Part shown: positions 1-12,386 of the stretch, piece by piece
Numbering within the stretch: the stretch's first letter is position 1
Layout: each line of letters begins with the position of its first letter
DNA from: Phaeosaccion multiseriatum
Lineage: Eukaryota; Protista; Ochrophyta, other classes
Direction: 5' to 3'
DNA length: 64,000 nucleotides
Assembly: GCA_965112735.1 (NCBI GenBank)
Contig: OZ218959.1
Span: 2,728,001-2,792,000, forward strand
Notes under the pieces: model-generated
What the model saw: only the letters and a program-made list of their open reading frames with translations
What the model was told of the DNA's origin: nothing
Databases searched by the model: none
Position numbers and translations under genes: made by a program

Positions 1-121
1 TACTGATTATGGCCGGCGCCAGCCGTGTCTGATTACTGATTATGACCGGCGCTAGCCGGCCTGATTACTGATTATTGGCGCCAGCCGGCCTGATTACTGA
101 TTATGGCCGGCGCACACTGTA
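1..121. repeat. Tandem ~29-32 bp repeat (CTGATTA CTGATTA TGG CCGGCGCCAGCCGGC, about 3.5 copies) ending in CACACTG-TA; possible end of a non-autonomous DNA transposon, truncated by the window edge
   Basis: Units start at about 1, 29, 61 and 90. The terminal CACTG followed by TA resembles a Tc1/mariner-type end; the transposon interpretation is inference only. Confidence 0.5.
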
Positions 122-187
122 ACCTTGTCCAGGGTCGACTCTTGTGGGGGGGGGGGGGGGTAAAAGGTGATATATTATCTATGTTAT

Positions 188-942
188 CTAAGGCCCCTTC
201 ACCACGGAGGCCGTCTTGATGTACGAGAGCTGATGGGACAGACGGACGAGAGCAGAGGAACAGAGTAAAGACGTGAGAAGAAGGGACGGGCGGCGACAAA
301 GGCGGAGAGGCGGGTCAAGAAGCTTTCCGACATGGGAGGCAGACATACCGGAGAGAGGGGGGGGGCGACAAAAACACACACTCTCTCTACTGGCTCTCTC
401 AACGCCGCAGTAGATATGAAGAGCACGCTTTCGCTTCAAGGGAGGAGCGCGGATAGCTACGCACAGTACCTTTCCATCAGTACCAAATGACTCTTCCTCC
501 ACATTCACAGATTCAGTCAGATTCGCCGTTTTCTTTACATCAGTCAGAGTGACACCCTTCCATCAACGCACGAGCGAGAGTGGACAGAGAGGGGTGCTGC
601 TGAAGCACAAGTGGCAGCCATCCCCAACAGCGTAGGACGTGCGCCGCTCTACTCCCCCGCCCCCCCCCCCCCTCGATCTTCTCCTTCTCCTCCTCCTCAC
701 CTTCGGGTACTCCGCCTTGAGGTACCTGTTCCCCTGGTGTTGTTGGTAAGGGTTGGGTAGGAGGGGGAAAGGATAGAGGAGGGCATGGGGGGGGTGGGTG
801 GGTTGGGGTATGCAGTGTGACCGGAAAGCATTGGCGCGGAGCAAGGCATAGGTCGACACGAGTCAGTTGGGCAGCAGCAGCAGCAGCAGGAATGGTTTTA
901 GTTGTTATGATGATTGATGATGACGACGACGACGACGACGAC

Positions 943-999
<57 letters not shown>

Positions 1000-2452
1000 A
1001 AGTACAACACAGGTAGGTCCAGGACGATGTAGGCACATCTATACCGATGCCCAGGTGAGGTGGGGCACCTCTTTGGCTCCGTTCTTGTACACGCAAAGGT
1101 AGTGTACGTCCCTCCCTCCCTCCCTCCCTCCCCCCCCCCTCCCCTCCCTCCCTCCCTCTCTCCCTCCCTTTCCCGTCCCTCTCTGCCCTCATATTCCAGC
1201 GACTGACCTGGCCCTGCACGCGCCCCTGATTGGGTCCGTTACCGCTCGGCTGCCCCTCGCCATAGCCCGAATACAGCTTGTCCACCACCTCCATTCCTTC
1301 CACCACGCGCCCGAAGGGCGAGAAGCCAGACTGAGTAAGTTGAGCGAGTGTGTGTGTGCATGCGTGCGTGCGTGAGTCCGTGCGTGCGCGCATACGCAAG
1401 GTAAGGGAGCAAAGTACACAGCATACGACCGCTCACAGTGTGTGAAGAAAAACTGTGCAAACCCTAAGGGGCTCAACAGACCCCTCTCACTATGGCCCAC
1501 TCCACAACTACGACAGCTGTTTCAAAAAAGGCGCACAGACCGCTACTGCTGCGCTGTGCCGCCTCCGTTCAGAGGCAGACGAGAAGGCACCACGAGCGCC
1601 ACGAGAGAGGCATGAGAGAGAGGCGTGACTGAGGCCAAGGGTCAGACCAGACTATGCCAGTACTGATACGAGAACCAAACACCATTCACGGATGGAGGCA
1701 AGCAGGTAGGCAGGCCGGCAGGCAGGTAGGCAGGCAGGCAGGTAGGCGGGCAGGTAGGCAGGCAGGTAGGCAGGCAGGTAGGCAGGCAGGCAGGCAGGTA
1801 GCCTCGCGTACCTTGTCCAGGAACACGTTGTCGTTAAAGTTGACTGAGGTGCACGAAGACAGAGATGGACATAGACACGTGTAGGAGGGAAGTGAGTGAG
1901 TCCGATACAATGCTGATGTGTGCGTGGTGGATACTTCCGTGTTGCCCTTGCTGCCATCTGCGTGCCGTACAGACTTGGGCATGATGCAGAAGGGCAGCTC
2001 TTAATCACCAGCTCATTTCCCCTCCTGCTCGACTTTGACTTACTGAATAGCTGGGTGGTCCTGGAGTTGGGTCCAGAGGTGGCAAACACGAGAGTCCTAT
2101 GGAATGGGTGCAAAGCGCAGCGACAACACAGACAAGGGGAAAGGGACAAGAGTGCGACAGGACAGGTGGCGTTAGTTCGTCGGGTGCGGATCATTGGGAC
2201 TCGGAGCCCCTCGCCTCCCCTCTTCATTCTCCAAGGCAAATGGAGCGTTCGTGGTCGTATCGATGTATCGTACTTGTACACTGCATCTCACTCACTCACC
2301 CTCGCTTGTTGCTGACAGCGACGGGGTCGTCCTTGATCGTCTTTCTCCTCCACGTGGCAGCAAGCTCCGGATCACCAGGTATGCCGAACTGTGGCCACAG
2401 ACGAAGAGGGAAAGGAGGGTGGGGTTGTGGGGGGTGGGAGTGAGTAAGGACA

Positions 2453-2499
<47 letters not shown>

Positions 2500-3100
2500 G
2501 AAGACAAGCATTTATAGGAAATGCGGGTAAGCAAAATAATGCGGGCAGGAGGACAACGAGAGAGAGAGAGAGAGGGAGAGAGAGTGAGAGAGAGAGTAGC
2601 AGGGAAAGGCGAGCAGCACTGCTGACCTGCGCGATGAAGCCGGCGATGACTCTAAAGAAACGCGCATCGTTGTAAAAGCCCAAGTTGACGAGCTCCAAGA
2701 AGCGCTCCGCCCCCTTGGGTGCCCACTCGGGCAGCACCTCGACAGTGAATGAGCCAGAGGCAGCATCCCCTTCTCCTCCTACCTCGACCTTGACGAACAC
2801 GGGCTCTGCGGCTGCCGCGAACGCTCCCAAGGGAGCCGAAGCCGTGCCGATCAGGACCGCTAGACTAGAGGTTGCGGCTGCTGCTGCCTTCTCCAAGAGG
2901 CTCTTGCGGCCGAGGCCGCGACCAGAGCTGTGGTTGTTCTCAGAGGGGAGGCTCATTTTGGTCATGCCACGGCTGCTCCTACTGTTGCCATTGCTACTAC
3001 TGCTACTCACGCTCAGCTGAGCAACCTGGGGAACAAAAGAGGCGCAGGGTGAGATGCCCGCCAGGCTCGCAATGGCAGCAGCAAGCACATAGGCTTTCAT
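188..3100 (-). CDS. Cyclophilin-type peptidyl-prolyl cis-trans isomerase, plastid-targeted (probably thylakoid lumen). Exons approx. 3100-2627, 2388-2300, 2096-2044, 1843-1812, 1330-1208, 733-701, 229-188
   Basis: The spliced product contains [86 protein letters not shown] and [15 protein letters not shown]. All introns are GT-AG and in phase. N-terminal signal peptide ending in CASF. Confidence 0.93.
909..999. repeat. (GAC/GAT)n microsatellite in a cyclophilin intron
   Basis: Directly visible trinucleotide run. Confidence 0.95.
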
Positions 3101-3355
3101 TTCATTCAATTGGCAGGAATCGGGAGGGAGAAGGAGGGCAAAAATTAAAATTTGATGGCGAGCTTCCCTTCACAAAGGATCCACGGAGACGAGACATTAA
3201 TTGATTGACTTTGGCTCTCATTCCTGCAGGAAAGCGACGGTAGTAGAGGCCACAAAATCTTATCTCGAACACAGCCATCCCTAAACACAGCCATCTCCAC
3301 AGAAAATTTTCTCTTAAAACCCTCTCTTTTTTGACGACTGAGGAGGAGAGGAGGG

Positions 3356-4439
3356 ATGTCGGGGAAGGGGTACTCCGTGGTAGTGGAGCAGGTATTCTCC
3401 TCGCTCGCGGAAGAGGAGGAGGAGGAGCAGGACGGTGAGGAGGAGTATCAGCCGGAGGACGCTGGCTCGAGCTTTAAGCGCTATGTCTACGTGAAGGAGC
3501 ACCGCTGCTCGGGAGCGGGCAAGGGCAAGACTCTCTTCGTAGGTGCGTGCTTGAAGTCTGTGGACGCCGTGGACGTGTTTGGACAGCGCTGAGGGGCAAA
3601 GCGGTAGGGCGGGTAGTATTGGAGAAACTCTTTGGCTTTCCAGTTAGTTCACCCCCCCCCCCATCCCCTCCCTTCTCCTATCAAAAGGCAATGTAGACGA
3701 TCAGAACGGCCTGCTCGAGGACGAGGACGTGAAGGAGCGACTGACCGGCCAGTGGGGCGTCCATGGGCGAGTCGAGCACGTTGAGTTGGGAGACATGAAG
3801 GCTCCCCAAGAGGGTGGGGGGGGGGTGCAAGGAGGGGGGGGAGGAGGGCCGCCCACCCGTTTTGCTCTGATTCGATTCGCCTCCGTCAAGCAAATGAAGA
3901 AGGCGCTGACTTGCAAGCAATTGAAGGCCGCGCTTCAGCAAGCCAAGGAAGGGGAGGAGGCCTCAACCAGGCCGGTGAACGCGGGCTTTGCAGGAGCTAA
4001 AAAGAGACACCGGGAAAGGCAACCTCCGCGAGCGGTACTCCAAGCCAAGGTCGATAGTTTCATGGAGAGCTTTGACGAGGCAGCGCGGGCCGATGCAGAG
4101 GCGCTAGAGAGGAGGAAGGAGGTGGATGACGACGGTTTCGAGCTTGTAACGTACAAGAGGAAGAGGGGCAAGATACCCAGTAGCACGCAAGGCTCCTCCT
4201 CCACGGATGGATGGCAGGCCGTCGGACAGCAGGGGGGTGCAGGGGTGGATGAGGAGGAGGGAAGGGGGCTGGCGGGCGGTGGGAAGAGGCGAAAGCCACG
4301 GAAGGAGCTTACCAACTTTTACAGCTTCCAGCGGAGAGACGCCAAGCGGGACCAGCTGTCGCAGCTCAGGGACAAGTTCGAGTTGGACAAGAAAAGAGTG
4401 GCCAAGATGAAGGAGGCAAGGAAGTTCAAGCCCTTCTGA
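3356..4439 (+). CDS. RRP7: Ribosomal RNA-processing protein 7 (RRP7A-like). Exons 3356-3542, 3688-4439
   Basis: RRM-like N-terminus (YVYVKEH..TLFVGNV) joined in phase over a GT-AG intron; diagnostic C-terminus DDDGFELV...KELTNFYSFQRRDAKRDQLSQLRDKFELDKKRVAKMKEARKFKPF. Confidence 0.93.
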
Positions 4440-4803
4440 AGATGAAGGAAGCGCGAGCGAATGTTGATTGATTGGTTGGTTGGTTGGTTGACTCCCAAGC
4501 CAAGCCCTTCTGAGGCTCGAGGGAGCAGTAGCAGTGGCAACAGAAGGAGCACTATAGCAGCAGTGGCAGTGACTGAAGGACTCCCAACTGAAGCCCTGAC
4601 TGAGGGACTCCCAAGCTAAAGCCCTGCTGAAGCGCGAGGGAGGTACTGCTGCGCAAGTGGGTGTGTTTAGAACCGAACAAGCAAAGCTTCCACAACAATT
4701 TTGTTCTCCCCAAATGACCATTAATTGAAATACTGTATCCGTTTACTTTTAACGTTGTCCGACTCAATAGTCAGACGCCCCCCTCGATTAATCCATAGTG
4801 TAA

Positions 4804-4837
<34 letters not shown>

Positions 4838-5038
4838 CTCTGTGTGGATTGCTCATGCGGAGACATTCCATCACATCCCAAGCGCGCTTTTGCTTCCACT
4901 CCATATACTTCCACTCCATGTCTCTGTTCGTAATCGTATATACATTGTCCCGCAAGGCCTTGCCTAGGCGTTTGCTTTCTCTCTCTCTCCCTCCCTCCCT
5001 CACTCACTCACTCCACATATATGTATATATCTCTCTGA

Positions 5039-7002
5039 TCAGAAAACCGTCACCCGCCTCTTGCTGTGCTGTTGCGCAGCGTCCACTGGCGGGATATTAA
5101 GTCTGCGCTTCTGCCCTTGCTGCTGCTCCTGCTTCTCTTGCTGCTGGTGCTGCTGCTTCTGCTGCTTCGGTTGCTGCTTTGGCTGCGGCGGGTGACTCTG
5201 CTTCTGTGGCTTCTGCTTCTGCTTCTGTGGTTGCTGTTGTGGCTGCTGCAGTGGTTGATCCTGCTTGTGCTTCTTCTGCTTCCTCTGTTTCTTTTGCTGC
5301 TGCGGTTGGTGTTCGTGCTGCTCCTGCTTGCTGGTCCAATACTGCGGTAGGTCCTCCTCCTCCTCTGCAGCAAAAGCAACAGGGGCAGCAGCACCCCTCA
5401 CGCCCTCAACGGATACGACACTCCTCTCGGACTTGCCGCCCGTATACTCACGCATGATTGCTCTCACATTCTCCTCCTTCCCCTTCTTCCTACTCTTCCC
5501 TTTCGCCGCCTCCGTCAAACCTGCCCTCCCCTCTCCTCCCCTTCCCTCATTCTTCTCCTGTTGCACCTTGCGTTGGTCCTGCCGCTGTAGAACCAACGCC
5601 TCCTCTCCGCCCACAACCTCACCAATGCGCAAAAACACACTTCTTGGGCGCTTCTTCGTTCTGAAGCCCTGCTGCGTCTCCTCCCCCTGCTGCTCCTTCT
5701 GCTGCACCGCCAACTGCTGCTCCTGCTGTACCACCAACCGCTGCTTCCTCTGCCGTGCCTCCAACTGCTGCTTCTTCTGTACTGCCAGTTGCTGCTTCTG
5801 ACGCGGAGGTTTGACCACTGCAGCGAGTGCGGCCGCAAGCACACTCCGCGCCATGCCACGATGCCGCCCGCCCCGTTCGCTACTCTGCGCCGCTGTGCTG
5901 GAGGCAGCAGCACCCTGGTCAGCCTTGTCAGCCTTGTCAGCCTTGTCAGCCTTGTTCTTCTCCTTCATCTCGACCTGCTCGCCCGCCCTTCCCCCCTTCG
6001 CACGAGCTGTTGCCGCTGCCGAGGTGGGAGCGTCCTCGTCCTTGCTGGGAGGAGAGGCATGCTGAGCTCTACCTTGCGTAGCTCCACTCTCCCCTCCCTT
6101 GGTCGTGGTTGCACTACCTCCTCCACCCCCCCCTGCTGGCATTCCTGTCGCAGTCGCAGTGCGCAGCCCGGTCGATGGTCCCTTTTGATGTGGTGCAGCA
6201 AGGGGTGCTGATAAGCTTCGCTCCGCTTCTTCTGTTGCCGACATAGCAGCACTAGCCGGTGTGGCCACTGGAGATTTAAGGCGGGCCACTCTACGCGGCT
6301 TTATCACCAACTCCTGAGGATCTTTCACGTGCTTGAGACTAATCACCTTCCTAGCCACTGCAGCAGTTGGTGGTGCAGCCGTGGCACCAGTCGCGGCAGC
6401 GGTCGATCCTTCCGTGCGCCGTGCCACCTTCAGGGGCCTCTCGACGCGACTTGGTGGTGCCAAGGGCGGCTGTACCACCAACTGCTCAACCACCAACTCC
6501 TCCTCCTGCTGCTGCTCTTGGCCGCCTTGGAGATCCCGCGGAGACGCCAACGCGAAGCATGCCCCCTTCCCCACGGACGCCAATGAGACGGTTCCCCTCT
6601 TCGCGGTTGACGCCAGAGAGACAATCCGGCCCTTCCCGCTCTTACCAACACCAACCGTGCTGCGTGAGCCGAGTTGCACGATGCGGCCTGTCTTGGCTCC
6701 ATCCTTGGCCCCAGTCTTGGCTGTAGCCGTGGCTCGAGCAGTGGCTCCCACTGAGGAAGGAGGAGAAGCAGCAATCGCCACCGATGGAGCGAGTAGCCGT
6801 GGTTGGGACTCCCCCCCCCCACCAGGTGGCTTCACCACCATCGGCTCGGTCGGAGAGGCGACTGAGGCGGCTTCGGCCTCGGTCCGCCCCATCCCCTCGG
6901 GGCCCCTGCTGTGCCCTGAGGCCACTGTGGGCCCGTTTCCCACCGTCGCTCGCGGTGCTTCCCTAGCAGAGGACCACATGTCTGAACTTTCTTGCCTTTC
7001 TC

Positions 7003-7039
<37 letters not shown>

Positions 7040-8494
7040 ATCACCACCTGCTGCTGATGCTGTAGAAAGCGTGCGTTTGGTCGATCTCTCTGCCGCCGCA
7101 GCTGCAGCCTCTGACTCAAGCAAGGCTGAGGCTTGCTCTGTTTCCGTTGCCCCTGGTCCTACCGGTCCTGTTGATGGTGCTGCTGCTCCTGGTGAGGCTG
7201 CAGCTCGTTCTGCTGCTGGTGCTGCTGCGAGTGCTGCTGGTACTCTTCCTCCTGCGCCTTCTCCTCGTCCTTGTCCTCGTCCTCCTCCTTCTCCTTCTCC
7301 TCCTCCTCCCCCTGCCGCTCCTGCTTCTGGAGGTGGAGGTGGTGGTGATGGCTCCGATTGTGATGGCCGCACACGCGTACTGCTCAACCCCTCTTCCGCC
7401 GATGATGCCACGGCACCTCGCGTAACACAATCAGCTGTTGGTGCTACAGCAGCACCAGCAGCAGGTGAGGAGTGTAGAGGGGCGCCCTCGGCAAGGCCCG
7501 TCGAGAGACCATCATGACAATCATCGAAGGCCTGGTTGTTCCCCCCCACCTCCTCCGTCGCCTCCCGCATCGACGCAAGACATGGTTCTGTCGGGCCTTT
7601 GCTACTACTTCTGCTGTTGCTCTTCTCCTTATTGCTGTGGCTACTGCTGCCCCCCATGTCCTTTCGCCTCTCCTTTTCCCCTCTACTGCCCTTTCCCCCC
7701 TTCTCTGCTTCTACGGCGGCGCACGCCATCTCCTGGCCCTTTCTTCGATTGCTCTTGCTTCTCTCCTGCGCTTTGCGCTTCTTCCGCATCTCGGGTGTTT
7801 CCTTACTGCGCTCGTCCTTCCTCTCTTGCCTGTGCTTCGTGTCCCTTTCTCTGCCCCCGCTCGTGTCCCTGTCCCTGCGTCTCACTCTCCCTCCCCCCTT
7901 GGTTTCCTCCTCGCCTCCCTTCGCGCCACCCCCCACCCACTCGTCAAAGCTATCCACCACCAACTTCTCATCAATCACAGGACTGGACAGAAGCACCGCC
8001 GCCCCTCCTCCTCCAGCCGCCGCTGCATTATCGCCAAGGCTCGCTCCCTTAGCCTGGGCAGCAGGAGCAGCAGCAGCTTGGTCACCGTTCGATGAAACGT
8101 CCGGAGAAAACTGCACCACAATCTTCTTTCTGCGACGGCCCTTCCTCTTCTCCATCTCCGCCTCTGCGGCAGCAGCACGAGCCGCCGGCGGAGCAAGCAG
8201 ATCTACCCTCGCCAGAGCAGCGGCGGCCGCCTTGGATACGTGCTCGCTGTAGCCCATCGCCTCTGTGGAGGCATTGCTCTTGCCCGTGGAAGTCGCTGAG
8301 GACAATGAAGCAGTGACCGCAGCAAGCAAGGCACTTGTAAGGAAGGGTGTGGAAGAGGCAGAGGCATTCTCTGCACCCCCTCGAAGGTGCCGTTGTTGGT
8401 GCTGCTCCCAAGGCTGGTGTCCATACTCCATCCGTTGGTGGTGCTGCTCAGGCTGGTGCCAATGCTCGATTGGCTGATGTTGATGTTGATGATG

Positions 8495-8532
<38 letters not shown>

Positions 8533-10414
8533 CTTGCTCCCACTGCTGTAGATACTGGTAGTGCCCCATTGCGGCAGCGGACTCAGGCAGCGCCTCGTCG
8601 TGTTCTTCATGAGGGTCCGTCATCGCCAGTTGGGCATACCCACCCGCCCGTCCCCCATCCGGTGGCGGAAACTGTTGACCCCAAGGGGGCACCAACTGCT
8701 GCTGCTGCTGCTGCTGTCCTGGTCCCGTTCCAACTCCTACTCCTCCTCTCTGGGAGAAGAGAGACGTGTAGGCGTGACTCCGTTGGCGCCCCCGGCTCGT
8801 TGCTACTTCTGTCCTCTCCCTCTCCCTCTCCCTCTTCCGCCCCCTCTCCCCTCTGCTACCGAGGTTATCCTCGGTCTCCCCCCACACGCGACCGCCCCTG
8901 CTTGCTCTCTCCTGTTTCCCTCTGCTGTAGTCTCCGTCTCTGGAGGGGGACCTCCTTCTTCGGTCGTCCCTGTCGTGGCTCCTGGAGGTCCGAGGCCTCC
9001 AGTCCCTGCCGTCATGACCACTGGACCTGCCCCTACTGTGGCCCCTACTGCGCGTATCTCTCGTCGGTTGCTCGCGTCTGCTACTGCTGCTGTATTCACG
9101 CCTGTCCGCCCCCCTTTCCCTGCTTCGGGACCTTCTGCTTCTGCCTTCTTTGCTCCTCCCTCTCGTCTTTTCTCGACTGACTTCTGACCTCGCTCTCTTC
9201 TCTACTCCTCCTTCTCTTCTTCGCGGGCACCTTTCGTCACGGAGCACCACCGTCTTGTCCTCCCTACTGCCCCTCTCTCGCTCCCTGCCTGACTGCCCGC
9301 GTAAGTCACTGAAGGTGCTGCTGCGCCTACCACTAACCTGCCCGCCTTCCTCCCTGCGCCTTTGCCCATCCCCCACACCCCTCTGCGCCGTGCTGTCTCC
9401 TCCTCCTCCTCCGTCCGGGCGCTGAAGCGACGAATCCTTACTACTAGATGGCGTCACCTTGCGCTCCCTTGCTGCACACACTCCTCCTCCTCCTCCTCCT
9501 CCTCCTCCTCCTCCTCCTCCTCCTCCTCCTCCTCCTCCTCGCCCCCCTCCTTCTCCTCTTCCGCCTCCACCCGCTTCAGCAGCAGAGCCCCCACCCTCCG
9601 GTGACACCGCGACACCTTGCACAGACGAGCAGGCCGAGATTTGGTTTAAGCTCTCCCTTTTCTTGACCTTCTCCTGGCCATCTCCCTTCTCCGCCCTCGA
9701 CCGTGCGTGTTCTAGCCCGCCCTCCCTCTCAGCGTCATCCGCCTTGGAAGAAGCAGCACTAGCACCAGCATCAGCAGCAGCGCCAGCACCAGCGCCAAGT
9801 TCAGCAGTACTATCCACACAGCCTTCTTTGGTGGCCACCGTCTCCATGTGTGGCTCTCCCTCGAAGTCGCTGCTTCGGACCTCGAAAGGATCACCTCTGC
9901 TCTTGCTCTTCTTACTGCTGTACTTCTTGCCTTTGCTGCCCTCCCTCCTGTCCTTTTCGTCCTGGTCTCTATTCTTATCCTGCCCACCCCTCGCTCGCTT
10001 CTGTCCTTTCCCGCCATTCTGTACAACAGAGTCTTTGGTGGGGGACTCATCCCTTGTCTCCTTCTTCGCCGGCTTAGCACGGACGTGCGTATCGCCACCC
10101 TTGGTGCGACATACTTCTCCGCCCCCCTCCTCCTCGCCCTGCTGCTCCTGCCGGTGCTTCTGTTGCTGTCGCTGTTCTTCTTCTTCTTCTTCTTCTTCTT
10201 CTTCTTCCTCCTCCTCCTCCTCCTCCTCCTCCTCCTCGGCGTTGAGACTGCCCGACAGTGCCTCCACCGCCTTATCCGTCACCTCCAACGGGAAGAATGC
10301 TTTGCTCTGCCAGATGTGCAGTAGGCGCAGGAGCTTCTTCCTCTCGTGTCGATGCAAGGGCCTTCTTCTCACCCGCCCTGGCAAGGCTTTGCCTGTCGTT
10401 GCAAACGCAACACA

Positions 10415-10465
<51 letters not shown>

Positions 10466-11746
10466 GGAGAAGAGGAATAGCGAGAAAGAGACAGAGAGAG
10501 AGAATGGGTCATGATTTTGATGTCGGAGTGAAGAGCGAACAAGGCGCCGGCAACAATAAAAGAGGAGAGGATTGGATATCGCCCGGAGGCCGCCTGTCGC
10601 TGGGTTCGTTCGCGTGGGCAGGTAGGGCAGGCAGACTCTTCTATCAAAGTTGTGCTTTAACCCCCTCCCTCCCCACCAAGATGAAGATCAAGACCACTTA
10701 CTGTTGAGCACCTCCATCATCCTGGGTAGCACATCCACGATGGCCGCCTGCAACACGCTCACATCCCTTCGCGTGTCCTCCGGCCCGGTGAGGCAGGCGT
10801 GGAGCACTGCGTCGATCGAGAAGAGCGCGCCCAAGCACTTGCGAAAGGCCGCCCGAGCCTTCTTCTCCCGAGCCTCTGTCGCTTCATCCATCGTGATGGC
10901 TTCACTCTTCGCATCTGCTACCCCCGCCGTATTGCAACCACCACCACCATTGCCACCGTCAGCGTCTTCGTCAGCGGCGGCACTCCGGCTCCTGCGATTT
11001 ACATCCTCATTTTCAGTCCTTTTCTCGCCCCCGTCCTGGACATTCTCCGTCTCGTGAGCCGCAGTCCCCGTCGAGTCTCCTCCCTTGTCTCCTGCGGCCC
11101 CTCTCTCCTCTCTACCGTCTTGTGCTTTCTCCCCTTGGCACCCTCTCTGCCCATCATCCTCCTCCTGCGGCTGCTGCTCTCCCCCCTTCTCCTCCTCCTC
11201 CCCCGCACCGCTCCTGATGGCATCCCTGTCATCCAGGTCGTCATCGTCGTCGTCGTCATCGTCGTCGCTATTCTCGTCCACCTCGTCTCGGAGGTCAATA
11301 GCCCACAGCTTCATGAACCTGGGCAGACAGACAGACAGATAGACACGGCAGAGGCGATGCAGCCATGGCGGCAGTAGTAGTAGTAGTAGTAGTAGCAGCA
11401 GCAGCAGGGAGTAGGGCACAAGAGGAGGCGGTAAATATCTCAAGTGATTGTGTGTTTTTGTGCACAGGAGGCCACTGCGGCTTCGACCCACACACCTTCT
11501 GATTGATTGATTCGGACTCCGACAAAGTATCACAGACACCGAGGCAATCTGCTCTATCATCGCTTACCTTAGCATGGTTGTCATGGCCAGGGTCGCTCTG
11601 TCTGCTCGCCGGCCGTACCGGCCCAACCATCGTTTCATCGGCGCAACGGCATCATCCTTCGAGATGGAGCTCTGGCGCAAAAGCAACTCCCATTCTTGCA
11701 GGCACTGAGACATGCCAACAACCCTGTGGGGCTGGTATCTCTCCTC

Positions 11747-11780
<34 letters not shown>

Positions 11781-12049
11781 ACCTGGTGCCGATGCTCCTC
11801 TCCTTGCTGCTCCTCCTGCTGCGCGTCCTCATTCGAAGTCTCGTAGCGGCGTACCTCCTCATCCCCCTCTTGTTGTTGCTGCTGCTGTTTCTCCTGTTGC
11901 TCCTGCTGCTTTTGCTGCTGCTGCTGAAGGTCCTCGTCTGGAGGCTCGTAAAGAGAAAGTGTGGCCTCCTCCTGGTGCTCTGGCTGCTCTGGCTGCTCTT
12001 GCTGCTGCTGCTGCTCCTGACGTTGCGGAGGACCCTGGAGAGCAGCCAT
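5039..12049 (-). CDS. Very large (~2100 aa) low-complexity protein with an N-terminal CTD-interacting (CID/RPR)-like domain and an RS-rich region. Exons approx. 12049-11568, 11318-10702, ~10377-5039
   Basis: In-phase GT-AG introns join SSISKDDAVAPMKRWL, KCLGALFSIDAVLH and ERKKLLRLLHIWQSKAFFP, which resemble CID helices. These are followed by a 5.3-kb open frame with RS/RD dipeptides and Q/A/G/E tracts. The domain call is by eye. Confidence 0.65.
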
Positions 12050-12287
12050 GTCTTTTCTCAGCCCTCAGCTACGAGTATGCAGTGGACAGCATGTTGGGAA
12101 GGAGGAGGAAGAGAAATGGACAATCTCCCGACATCCGACAAATCCCAAATCCCTGACCGAAATCGACTTTAAATCTCGAGTAGCTCAATATATAATCTCG
12201 AAACTCAATATCCCAACTGTCCTTCCCTCTCTCTCCCTCCCCCTTATATACGTCCCTCCCCCTTATATACGACTAGAACCAAAGAAA

Positions 12288-12294
12288 CAGCAGT

Positions 12295-12340
<46 letters not shown>
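12288..12340. repeat. (CAG)n tract in the divergent promoter/5'UTR region
   Basis: Directly visible. Confidence 0.9.
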
Positions 12341-12341
<1 letters not shown>

Positions 12342-12386
12342 AAAATTACTTCTATTATTGTGCTACCCTGACCTCTGAAGAGCAGA

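Noticed and set aside
1-121. CRISPR-like appearance of ~30-bp repeats
   Set aside because: Repeats are directly tandem with no unique spacers, in a eukaryotic context with no cas genes.
6333-10514. Long plus-strand ORFs antisense to the CID-like gene
   Set aside because: Shadow ORFs of GC-rich low-complexity coding sequence with no recognisable domains.
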